Assembly (NCBI GenBank): GCA_013265495.1
Contig: MU058000.1
Location: 3,051,905-3,115,904 of the forward strand
DNA length: 64,000 nucleotides
Direction: 5' to 3'
Origin: Vicugna vicugna
Lineage: Eukaryota
Positions 52,680 to 64,000 of the stretch are shown here, piece after piece. A program made the position numbers and the translations under genes. How positions within the stretch are numbered: position 1 is the stretch's first letter; every line of letters begins with the position of its first letter. The notes beneath the pieces are model-generated. The model made no database searches, was not told the origin of the DNA, and saw nothing but the letters and a program-made list of their open reading frames with translations.

Positions 52680-52790
52680 AGCACCCTCATTTTAAAAATA
52701 GAGAGAACAGTATGTTCCACATCATAGGCTGTTATGAGGATTACATACATTAATAATAAGATTACTAGCTATATTAGTAATTATTAATCA
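52680..52790 (+). mobile_element. MIR fragment
   Basis: 'cctcattttaaaaatagag...catcataggctgttatgaggatta'. Confidence 0.6.
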
Positions 52791-53199
52791 TATTAGTAAA
52801 TTAATAACAAGGTGACCCAGGATATTTTTCATTTATACTTCCTGCCATGCTCTAATTGTTAATAATACCCATTTACTCACAAAAGTGTCTTGCCTTGAGA
52901 GAGAAACTGTATAACTTCATTAATTAACACATATGCTGAGAAGTCAGGGTTTAAATAAATAATACATTATTTAATTCACAGAGAAGATCTTATGTACCAT
53001 GTTCTGTCTGTAGATTCACATCTATATTAAATGATATAAGCAGATATGATGATTTCAGTACATGCCAGGGCACTATATTTCTTCAGCATTGTGAAAAGAA
53101 TTAGAATAAGAATACCACTTTGCTTCATATAAAATGCTTTTGTGGAGCAAAAAAAATTTTGTCCAAAGTAGATAAGTTAAGAAATTTTTTAAATTTGTG

Positions 53200-53900
53200 C
53201 ATAGTTACAGTAGATAATTATCATTTTGCAGATTGTTAAAGAATAATTATTTGGCAAAGCAGCTAATTGAAATGAAATTTTTGAATACCTTGAATAATCA
53301 TATTTTTTATTGTAAAACCTATATGAAAAAATTACCATATATTGCTATAGTTTATGTACTGTAAGCAAAAATTTATCTTTGGAAGAATTTATCTTTGGTT
53401 CAGATGCTCACTAATATTATTTAATTAGTCTTTTAATTTGAACCATACTGAATAATTATTAAACTTAACAGAAAATATTTTATTAATATTTTAAAATTGA
53501 AATCTAAAACATTTTTAATTTCAAATCTGTTTTCATTACTTTAAGAAAGGTCAACATTTTATTTCTTAATGACATAAAAGGAAGTGTAATAGATTTAAAG
53601 GAAACATATATTTGGAGAACAATTTAGAGACTGACTACTCTGAAATCTTGTTAATGCTTATAGGTGTATTTCATTCAACTGGCATAAAAATCATAAATTA
53701 TCTTTTGCCATTTGCTACCACCTACATGTGTGGATAAAATTTCCTGTTGAAGAGGACATTCAAAAAAACCAAAGCAACCATGGAATGTCTTGATCAATTT
53801 TCAGGTTAACACCTGGAAAAAATGTTCACAAAAAAACCAACTCAGGTTTCTGCTTTAAAGTTTTGAATATATCTTATTGGATATTTTCTAAAAATTAAAA
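53200..53900 (+). mobile_element. Decayed hAT-Charlie transposase coding remnant
   Basis: 53702-53737 translates to LLPFATTYMCG*, matching the Charlie/Buster hAT dimerisation motif LLPFATTYLCE. Boundaries are approximate. Confidence 0.65.
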
Positions 53901-54899
53901 TTTTAATCTTCTTCATGTGCCTTTTATTTTGAGTTTCCTTTCCTCATGTAAAATTGAAAGAATGCATTGCTTCACCAAGCCCCATGTAGAGGCACCAAAT
54001 ATCCTCCATTTGCCCCCTCATGTTGTGTTCTCTGTGTATCATGGCATGAAACAATTGGAGAGGCAATTTATTTGTTAATAATAATAATGAAGATCAATTT
54101 CTCAAGACAGATAAGATAAAAATATTTCTCTGAGAAATACATAGCAGTGCGCACGTTGGACTGGAAGAATGGGACTTGGATTATGCCAAAAACTACCAGT
54201 GATGAGATATGGACGAATTCCTAACCTAGGGGCAGACTTCTAGGGACAAAAAAAAGAGTATGAATCCATGAGACTTGGAAATAGAGTGACCCTGTGGGAG
54301 ACCAAGAGTCTGAGTTCTCCAAGATTTCCATATTGGGTTGAGGATATCTTGTTATGACACCACTCATAATTGTGCATATGAACAATTCTGTCTTGGCACT
54401 ATACCTAGATGTCTCCTTTTTTAGGTTTAAATTCCATTTATCATATAATTTTATTCAAATCTGTGCACCTACATTATTCTGGTTATTTTTGGTGATTGGG
54501 AATTCTGAGTCGTGATAGAAATAGAGTGTCACATGTCATGCACAGTGTATGTAGTGTCCTGCAAGATACCATCATGGTTTGGTTGTTTACGCCTACTAAG
54601 CGAGAAGAGGCAGGAGATTCAGTGTGGCTACTCACAGGACCTAAGTTCCTTTCTAGTTTGGCATTTCATTTGTAGTACACACAAGCGTGGCCGAAAATAT
54701 TTCTCCTCCTTCCAAAGAAGTGAATTGAATTCTCGGTGAAATTTCATAAAATAAAGCTGGAGGAAGTATGAAGTTTACCTTGAGACCCTGTCAAGTTTAT
54801 CTCAAAGCTGCTTCTTAAGTGTAAACCATGTGGCCTCACAAAGAACAGAAACCACATGTTTGCCAAGATCCCTGAATTCACAGCTAATGAATATGAAAA

Positions 54900-55120
54900 G
54901 TTCCTGACAAGGAGTCAGAGGGCCAGGATTTGACCTTGAGCCCCATCAGTTACTAATCTTATATCTATCAAATGGTTATCTTCTCTCTGAGTCTTTTTTC
55001 TATCAAAATAAAGATAAAGACTTAGGCTCTCTTTAAATCTCATAGAATTGTTACATTGACCAACCGTCAAAGTATATTTCAAAGTCCTGTGTAAACTAGC
55101 AGGAATTTCACAAACACAGA
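54900..55120 (+). mobile_element. MIR SINE
   Basis: 'ggagtcagagggccaggatttga...ttatcttctctctgagtctttttctatcaaaataaagataa'. Confidence 0.6.
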
Positions 55121-58100
55121 GGAAGTATGTATTAAATAATATATGCCATGATCATCTCTTCTTTGTCAGATCAATCTGGTATAAGATATATATAAGGTGA
55201 GTAGTTTATTTTTCACAATTTGGCATCTTTGCTCCAAACTTAGAAGGGAAAGAGTTAAATCTGTATATTTTTAACTTCACAAAAACCGAGTTTGTTGTTT
55301 GGACAATCTACAGGAGCCTGTCAAATAAAAGGGAGTAGTCATCTATATAACACATAACTCAAGGTTACGAAAACAAAGTCACTTTATAGATATTTCTCCT
55401 GCCTCTGCTTTAGCCAGATCTCTGGTCCAGGACTTGAACCTATAATGAAGTCCGATAAGGAATATGGTTTATTGGTGACATGGATGGTAAAACTCTCAGC
55501 TTGTGAGGCATTTGTGAATCAGTAAAATAACATATTTCAGATAACGCGCTCCAGTCAAAGAGCCAAAACACCCTCTTTACCACAACCTTGGGCAACTGTA
55601 AAATACACTCTGAAATAACAGTTAAACATAACAGTTCTTTGGGGACTTATATACCAATATATAAAAGTAAATGGGTCACCAGCTTTCCAAATGGGGTTTG
55701 CCTTTGGAAAAGCAAAGCTACAAACTAGGAAATGTACCAGAGAAAGGGACAGGCAGCCTGTGCACAGGCATTGAGACACTTGGGGTTCTGTTTTGTTTTC
55801 CCAAATGAAGGTATTACAAGGTAGATTTGGGGTATTACAAGGTATCTCACAAATGGCCCCACTCTCTCGATTATTGATTATGGGTAGCAAAGGACTAACA
55901 GCAGCTTTAATAAGAGATAAATTCCTTTCCTCTGGAGTTAAATTTCGTAATTCAGTGTTCTATGAGAATTGTAGATCCACGACTATGTTAAGATGTATAT
56001 TTTTTCCTTTATTTTTAACCAGGAAAGGAATTTATTTTTCAGCTGTCCTGATGTTAATGATTGAAGGTTTCTGTTCCTTTAGAAAACAGCAACAATAAGA
56101 AAAATAGTAAATACTCATCCACAGATCCTGTTGTGAGTTTTATGATCTATTCAACATGAAAGCAAGGAGTGAAGTGAGCAGTGTTACAAGGTGGGTTATT
56201 AGTGAACATATACAATTAGTTAGAATGTATCAGATTATTTTCTACATTGTTACCTTTAACATAAATGTTGTAATCCCGTTATTCCAAGGATAGAAAAGAC
56301 AAGGATTTACACCATAGCTCTTGTCCCTCATCAGAAAGGGAAATCTCCAGTCTATGGAAAGATGGCTGAGATAAAAAGGGAAGAGTGGGGGATGCGTTTG
56401 TTCGGCATCCACCCGGATGACAGTGTCAAACTGCCAGCTGGTCATTATTAAACCAACAATTGTACCTGCACCACGGAATTTAGCACTTGGTAATACGCAG
56501 TCTTCTTATTTTTTCCTATATGAATATATTCCTAGGACTTCCAGCCTCTGGGAACAAATGGTTCACATTAAATCAAGTGTCAAAAGAGAATGTCTTTTTC
56601 GTTGCTCACTTATGACAGCAGCTGATCTAAGCACCCAGCTCTGCCGTGAGAGACGTCTCCAGGTTTCCCTGTGATGAGGTACGAATCTGCTCATGTCCCT
56701 GCATTTCTCTGACAGGACCCCTCCTGGCTGCCTCTCTGTCATTACAGAGCCGTGTTGATGCCTCGTGAGCAGAACCACATTATAGGTTGTCACTAACTCT
56801 TTTCTCTAGGAATAACACTCTAATGTGTCTGCCTAGGGCTCAGAGCATCAGACACGTCCTCTTTCCTTTGGCTAAAAACTGAAAGCCCCTCCCTCCTTTT
56901 TTAATAGAAACTCAGTTTAAGAGTCACACACAGAGGATCACCACCTCAGCTCTCTCTAAATGTTGTGTCATAATTTAAACTCAGTGGAAACACCTTGCTT
57001 TTCTAGGATTCTCTCTTTAGCACTCCTCTTCCATCTTTAGTTTTTTTTTTTTCTTCAAGATTTGATTCCCTACACTTAACTGGACAAGGAGCTTAAAAAA
57101 CAGAGCAAATCAAATCTACTGGCATATTCTAGTTTCTACATTATGGCAAGGAAAAGTTCTGAGAAGATAAACAAGAAATAACGTATCACTTGAGACTACA
57201 GAATAATAGGCCTTTTAAAAAGTACGTTTGTTAAAAGAAGATATTTACTGGCCTTGGACAATTTCCATTAATAAGTGTGAATCGTGCCCTATTAACAGGG
57301 ACCCACGTGTATAGTATGTTTTTCCTGGAGAATTGTAACTTACCATCACAGAACAGTTTCATCCCAATGACAATTTTCCTTATGGGGACAGAGTCTGAGA
57401 AAAAGTATGTAAATCTCATTTCTCCAAAACTTTCTAATACTTCACTGCATGCTAAAGGACATATTGCATCTTCCAAAAAAAAAAAAAATAAGAAAGAGAA
57501 ATAGAAAAAAATCCCATAGAATGATGTTTAGGATTTTTTTTCCCCCTTAATTTGTAAAAGAAAAACACTGATAAAAAAAAAAACTTGGGTAGAGGTTTCC
57601 AGAAAAAGGTATTTTGGCTAATATTTTGAAAAGAGGATAGCTTCCCGAGAGCTGGAATATTTCTAGACCTAAGGAAACATAGATATTGCTAGAAAATAAC
57701 ATATGTAGAATCTCCCTCCCACCCCATTGGTTTACCCGTTACTTGAATGAACAGAGACAGAAGATTCAAACAATAATGGAAAATTAGGGGAAAAAAACTT
57801 ATGGGTATCATATAGCAAAGAGTCTTGTAAACCCTCAGGAATAATGTGCTAATAAACCTGTCCTTATAATTTATTAAGTAGGAGACATGAATGATAAATT
57901 TAACAGTTCACATAAAAAGACTGTAATGATAACCTGCCAAGAATCAGCAAAACAGGATCACTTTGGGTTGATCAATATATGCATTTTCATAAGACAAAGA
58001 AATTGGAAAGAAAAGGGGAAAATAAACGTAAGAAAAATAAATATACAAGGCATACATGAAAAATGGGATCACCTGGGTTACAAGTTGTTCTGAGTATACC

Positions 58101-58299
58101 TTGTGATTATGGATGACAACGCTTACTTGTAAGTAATCATTCCTTCACAGATCTGTATGTATGCACCACTGTTTGCCATCAAGGCAGGCAAATGTGAGTT
58201 TCATTCATCTTAGGATTTCCGATCCTTGGTGTTGTTCTAAATAATCAGAGATGCACCCAAGAATTATCACGCTGGTTCCAAAGTTAACTCCTTTTGGAC

Positions 58300-58410
58300 A
58301 GGGATGTCAGCCTTTTGTTTCCCATTTTAACCTGAGTCCTAGGCATAGCATTAAGCATACAGTAGACATTCCATAAATATTTATGGAATGAGTAAAGAAG
58401 TGAATGAATC
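58300..58410 (+). mobile_element. L2 3' end
   Basis: 'agcatacagtagacattccataaatatttatggaatgagtaaa'. Confidence 0.6.
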
Positions 58411-59744
58411 CTGGTCTTCAGAGGAGTGGGCCATAAATGTCTGCAATAAAGTAATAGGGCATGAAACATGAAGGCTCATAAAATTAATGGAATGACTTGA
58501 GATGTATACACCCCGGCACTGATCTACAGCCACGGGGACACTGCCCATTTTAAACGGTGGAAACGAAAAACAAAGGGAATCAATCTCGTTCGGTGTCCAC
58601 CAGGCCCCACCACTTCATCTCTGTTCTCTCATGTTATGAAGAAATGAAGGAGTAAGTGGAAAACTGAATTTCTACTTTGAGCATCTTCCTCTCTCTGCAG
58701 ACATCTGATACCAAAATCACATCACGGCTAGTGTGTCTCCAGGAATCTGAGTGAAATGTCAGAACATTTTCCTGTGTGTCGGGACAAAATATGATGGAAA
58801 AGCAGAAGGCTTTGGAGGTTGGGAGACAGATTCCTGCCAGTGAGGGAATAATGTGAATATCAACGTCCCATGTGCTAAAAACAAACCACGCTTCTCTGCG
58901 AGGTCAGACTGAATTAACAAGCAAACAAACAAAAACCCAGCAAATCCCCCTTGCAACACTACTCACTTCACTCCTTGTTTTCACGTCGAATAGATCATAA
59001 AACTCACAACAGCAGCTTCTCATGTCCCGACTCGTAATAGTGAATGCAGTTGGCAGTCTGCTGGTGAGAAAAGGAAATGTGCATACAGATACCAATTCTC
59101 GGTTACACTATCACCTTCCTCATTTCCCCTTCCTAGTCTATCCCATTTCTTCCTTGTCTCCACGGATCAAAGTGCAGCACGTACACTTAGCAGCTGAGAT
59201 AATTTTATTATTGATCCACTGACTTCAGGCTCTTGGACTAGAAGCTCCATTAGTAGCTGCAGTCGGGTACTCCTCTGAGCCCAGGACTCTGAAGAGGAGA
59301 CACTTTAGACCTGACATGTAAATTGCTCAGAGGGAGGCAAGAGCCTGCAGCATCCATTACTCCCATTATTGGTCAATTTGTCAGCAACTCAGAAAGCCGA
59401 GCTGCTCTATTGCACGTCAAAGGAGACACAAGATGGTCCCCAAGGCAAGAGAAGAGGAGATGAGTTGGAAGAAATTGATCTGGGATGCAAGGCTTAAATG
59501 ATAAAGCTATGAAGCGAAGGGAGTCAGTCCTACAGCCCTCCAAAAGGTGGGGCTGGGGAGAGAAAAGCAGGTAGAGGGGAGTGTTTCTGCCCATAAATAA
59601 TGTATTTATGTAAATTTCTTTTACTGCATCTCCTGGGTGTGTGTGTTTTAATCCCCATGGCATTGCTGTAGAACTGGTCTCAATAAAAGAAAATTCAAGT
59701 GAAGTTTTTTTGGTTCAATGACTAAAGAAGTGGGTAAGATGCAT

Positions 59745-59815
59745 TTTTTTTAATTGAAGTATAGTCAGTTTACAATGTTATGTCAATCGCTGGTGTACAG
59801 CACAATGGTTCAGTC

Positions 59816-59849
<34 letters not shown>

Positions 59850-59936
59850 AGTCATATATTCATTTTCATATACTTTTCATTTTAGGTTACTACAAGATAT
59901 TGAATACAGTTGCCTGTTCGATACAGAAGAAACTTC
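59745..59936 (-). mobile_element. Very short LINE-1 3' end (lineage-type) with internal (TA)n
   Basis: Poly-T then 'aattgaagtatagtcagtttacaatgtt...ctggtgtacagc', the reverse complement of the L1 end seen at ~45770-45825. Confidence 0.93.
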
Positions 59937-60037
59937 TTGCATATTGAGATTTGCACTTAGTTTTGATCCTTGACAACAGCTACCAACAGAATATCAGAAG
60001 ATGAGAGAGAATGAAAAAGCCCTGCTGAGAAGGTAAA

Positions 60038-60074
60038 ACACACACACACACACACACACACCCAACACACACAC
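60038..60074. repeat. (CA)n microsatellite
   Basis: Directly visible. Confidence 0.95.
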
Positions 60075-60785
60075 CTGGAATAACCCAGTTGCTGTGACAT
60101 TAAAGCGCAAGTCCTCTTCTCTTTATGAAAGGGCTCGCGTCCACAAACTAGTCTGCTCGTTCACTCCTTGTTTTATCTGGCACTGGTCCCCGGAGAAAAA
60201 TCAATCTCCAATTCGTTTTAATGTTTGGTACTAAATCCAGAAAGCAAAACAAAACATGGGAGTCTCATATTATTATGGAACCTCTTTTATCTGGCTGGAG
60301 GGCAGTCTTCTAATCAAGAGAATGAATAAACAGTCATTTACTTACTTTCAGGGAAGAGAGGAGACAGTTCAATCTTCTTGAAGGCCAGGCAAACCAAATC
60401 GGCCTCCAATTTGTAAATCAAAACATTAGCAGCTTGTTAATCTAGCCTGGCAATTATTAAGATGTAAAGAAGTCTGCATTACTGTGTTTATTGATGGAGG
60501 TTATAGGTAGGAACAGAACTACTTGCTTTTCTGTTTTTGTGGAAGAAAAATAGCCAGTAATTGAGACAAACAGGCTTTTTTTTTTTTTTGGTGCGGACAT
60601 TTAGTGACTCTTTAAAAATATACGTATTTTCTTGTTTCTCAAAAGTTAAAAAAAAAAGAAAAGAAAAAAAGTAAGTCAGAAATCTAGAAAACAAAAGAAT
60701 TTACTGATTAAGTAGTTGTCAATCTGGTAAGATTGACAAAAAACACAGCATTGACTGAGGTTTTCACATCCAAGCTGAGTAATGT

Positions 60786-60832
60786 CTCTCACACACATGC
60801 GCGTGCACACACACACACACACACACACAGAG
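60786..60832. repeat. (CA)n compound microsatellite
   Basis: Directly visible. Confidence 0.95.
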
Positions 60833-61739
60833 AAATTCAATATCTGGGTAAATCCAGAAAAATACAATTTCTTGTGCCTGCATTTTCCTTACAGTCATGT
60901 CTTTATCCATATCAGTCGCATTTGTTTGTCCTTCTTTACCTACAATTCAAATTCACCAAAGTAGAAAGGACTTTCTGTCTCATACAGAGCAGAAGACATG
61001 AGTCTTTAGATTTCGTGTGGTAGACATTGAGGAAAAAGGATGCTTTGATGCAAACAACTGGACAGCTAGCCTTTAGGCTGGGAGAGTCTCTCCAATGTGG
61101 CTTTTATTTAAGTTGCCATCTTACAAACTGAAATCAAAAGGGTTCTACATTATTCTTACCTGCTCACTCTTCCCAGATTTATTTCACTCAGTGAAGCTGA
61201 AGCAGGGAGAGAGTGGTGGAATGACGTCTGCTTCGTGCATTGTCTGGTAATAAAATGAATTACAAAACGTGATGGTCGAGAAAGGCACTAGAAGAAACCA
61301 TAAGCAAATACTTCTGTAATTTCATGGTAAAGAAAGATGATAAACAGAGCTTAAAAGGTTGAAGGCAAAATGGAGGGAAAAACAGTGAATTTGATGAATG
61401 GATGACAGAGTGTTCCACAACAAATGTAAAAGGTAAAAAAAACTTGGAAAATATTACACAACATATATGATACCTTTCAGAGAATGAAAGCTCTTTTAAG
61501 TTGTTTTTTAAAAAGGTGGACATCGCTACTATTCTGTGTTCACTGGGATTATTGTCTACTATTCTGATACACTGTGGGGGCCCTCTGAAATCATGAAATT
61601 GTGAAATCAAAACCTACCCCCTGGAGAGTTGGCAGGGACTGATGACAAGAATGAACACTACCCAGGCTATTTTAGCCCTGTTCATGTTACCGTACATGCT
61701 AGAGGACACTGTACATGACAACACACACTTTAACTACCT

Positions 61740-61791
61740 TACAACTTTATTTGTCAATTATACCTCAATAAAGCTGAAACTTAAAAAAAAA
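61740..61791 (+). mobile_element. L1M 3' terminal fragment
   Basis: 'tgtcaattatacctcaataaagctg...aaaaaaaa' is an L1MB/MC-type terminus. Confidence 0.7.
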
Positions 61792-61804
61792 TTCTGTGAA
61801 ATTT

Positions 61805-62760
61805 ACACACGATGTAAGAATGCAATGCATGTTACGATAATCCTCCTTGGTCCTTTGATCAACAGACTTGGCGATGTTGAGTTCCTTGATCTGTAGTAGT
61901 ATTTTGTGCACTGGCCTGAAGTACCCCGCAGCGCTACACACAGAGGGGCTGGCAGGAGGGGAGAAAACCTGGTGAGAATCAGTCCCCCTTCCAGGATTCC
62001 ACTGAGGTGAAGTTGCCACCAGGTGACTTGTGGATCATCTGAGGACGCCATACCACACTGGGGACTCAGAATTAATCACTGTCAGTGCTTTTTCAAGCAG
62101 GGGGACCTACCAAGTCAATCGCAGTGAGTGGGACGTTCATGCTTTTGAATCCATACATAACTCCCATTGTGGCCACTTGAGATAGTTTGTTTATGAAGCC
62201 TCTGAACAAGTAGTTGAGTTACTGGAGGAAATGAACCTAAATCCACAGAGGCTCATCTTATCTATGAGTTTATGGAAAGTCCTGTCAACAGGGAGGTTCT
62301 GTGTGCATATGTGGGTGTGTTTATCATTTAAATGAAACACAATTCTGAACCTTATCTGCCGAGCCCATTCTCCTGGAGCCTCCCAATATCTTCTTCTTGA
62401 TCCTCGACATCCAGCCAAACATCAGCCGCTGCCCATGAACTTATGGAAGTCCATGCCTCAGTTTCTATCTCCATGCAGAACAAATGGACAATGAAACATT
62501 CTGCTTGCTGTACTGCCCACTGGAAGATCTTCCCACTCACTGTCTTTCCAGAACAACCTTAAAGAGAGCTGGGATACTTCAGGAGCCAGTCGTACTTAGT
62601 GTCACCAGACCCAATTAATGTTGTTTTGTAGTCAACTCCCAAGTCAGAGGAACTCCTTTACAGATTTTAGGTGGGTGTCGAACAGGCAATAGCCGTACAG
62701 CAGTGAGATGCACAGGAAGAAGGCAGATCCTCATGGAGCCTCTGCAGTGTCACCTTTGTG
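61805..62760 (-). mobile_element. Decayed ERVL (class III ERV) pol: RNase H and integrase relic
   Basis: Minus-strand peptides GKIFQWAVQQAECFIVH and SSWAAAD resemble ERV-L RNase H GKSSQWAELRAVHLVVH and DSWAVAN. DDPQVTWWQL resembles integrase GDQPATWWQV, and 'cagatcaaggaactca' corresponds to SDQGTH. Motifs lie in pol order. Confidence 0.75.
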
Positions 62761-64000
62761 AAGAAATGCCAGGGAGTAGAGGATGGGTCTCCACTACTTA
62801 CGAGACCTTCAAGGCTGTCTTCCTCCACTTGGTTGAATCTCTTTCGCTCCTTTACATTTATAAAAATAAATATATTCTCTTTATATTTCTTTACTCTACT
62901 TCTAAGAAATATTGCATGATCTTTTCAATGGGTTAAGCATGGACAATAACACAGGTTGGGGAGATAAAATCACTTTAACAAACTTGCGCTTTTTACGCAA
63001 CTGCAAACCTCTCTTTCGGACAAGAAAGAGAAATCAATTATCTACTTAAATAGGACCAGAACAAGGGGAAAACATGTAGAAAGAAAAAAATTTATAAAAA
63101 CTACATCATGCACTATAACAAACCTTATTTGGTCACATGTCTTTTTAATTCTTTTAAGTATAGACAGATTATATTCCAAAAAAAGTTAAAACAAAAAAGA
63201 ATCAACTTTTGGCTATTTTTATAACGTCACTTTATTATTTCATAAGCTCAGCAACATTACCCCGATGGATACACAGCTGGGCCCTGCCTCTGATACAGGG
63301 TCACGATACAGGCATGCGCCATGTGGTCATTCCATTATGAATCAGCGGCTTGCCAAGCTGTGAACTACGGAGAGCCACACCTGCGGAGCCCCTCCTCCCT
63401 ATTTTCAGTGCATTTTCACCTCTTTTCCCAAACACTTGCTCTTCCTCCCTCCTCAGTCACACCAGAGTTTCCCAGGCCCTGTTGTTTAATGAAAGAAAAG
63501 TTTCTGAAGGAATTCACACTGTCCCACTGGATGAGTTAATATTTATTTCTTTTTTACGCATGCCTAGAAAGGGTATGGCTTAACCTCAAGTAAATAATGT
63601 TTACTGAGTGGTAGATTTCTTGCAAGGTGGCAACTGACAAGGGCATTCTACAGATACTGTTCTGGACCCTCCATGATAAGACCCAACTACATACTCTGAA
63701 GACATTATCTGCTAGAAAGATGTGTTGAAAAAATCAAGTTCCGGGCAAAAGAGAAAGCTTTGTCTATTAAGCCGTGATTCCCAGCAAGAGTTACTGCAAG
63801 CTGATAAGTAGGTCTGGCTCTTTGAAAGCCTTCTCGTAGTCCATTAGGCAGTGTGAGCGTCCCTGAGGGATAATGGTCACTGACGATCAATCCCATTGTT
63901 TGATACAATTAAGATCCCCACAGCTAGGGACTTGAAATACCTATTGTTATGTTTTTGCCATTTCCTGAAATCGTTCTTTTTTTTATTTTCATAAGCATAA

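Noticed and set aside
1..64000. CRISPR arrays, prokaryotic operons, numts, processed pseudogenes or non-retroviral endogenous viral elements
   Set aside because: No regularly spaced repeat-spacer structure, no long ORFs, and no segment with mitochondrial, mRNA-like or viral character that I could recognise.

Overview
AT-rich, CpG-depleted eutherian non-coding DNA, either intergenic or deep intronic. The source is most likely a camelid (camel/llama/alpaca), inferred from a Vic-1-type tRNA-derived SINE at ~3.7 kb. I recognise no intact protein-coding gene, rRNA, true tRNA gene or CRISPR array. The listed ORFs are transposon debris, microsatellite read-through or chance ORFs. The window is a layered transposon record. 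It holds lineage-type L1 3' fragments (18.8-20.9, 45.4-45.8, 59.7-59.9 kb), older L1s (29.1-32.7, 46.8-48.6, 49.5-50.8 kb), L2 and MIR relics, MLT1/MLT2 LTRs, a near-complete Tigger13a-like element, hAT-Charlie relics, and a decayed ERVL pol (RNase H plus integrase) at 61.8-62.8 kb. The best leads are a repeat-poor, motif-rich block at ~36-41 kb (candidate enhancers), phase-compatible minus-strand exon candidates, and a perfect 17-bp-stem hairpin at 3.1 kb. I see no convincing evidence of a new biological system. Repeat family names come from recalled consensus similarity, not a database search, and boundaries are approximate.
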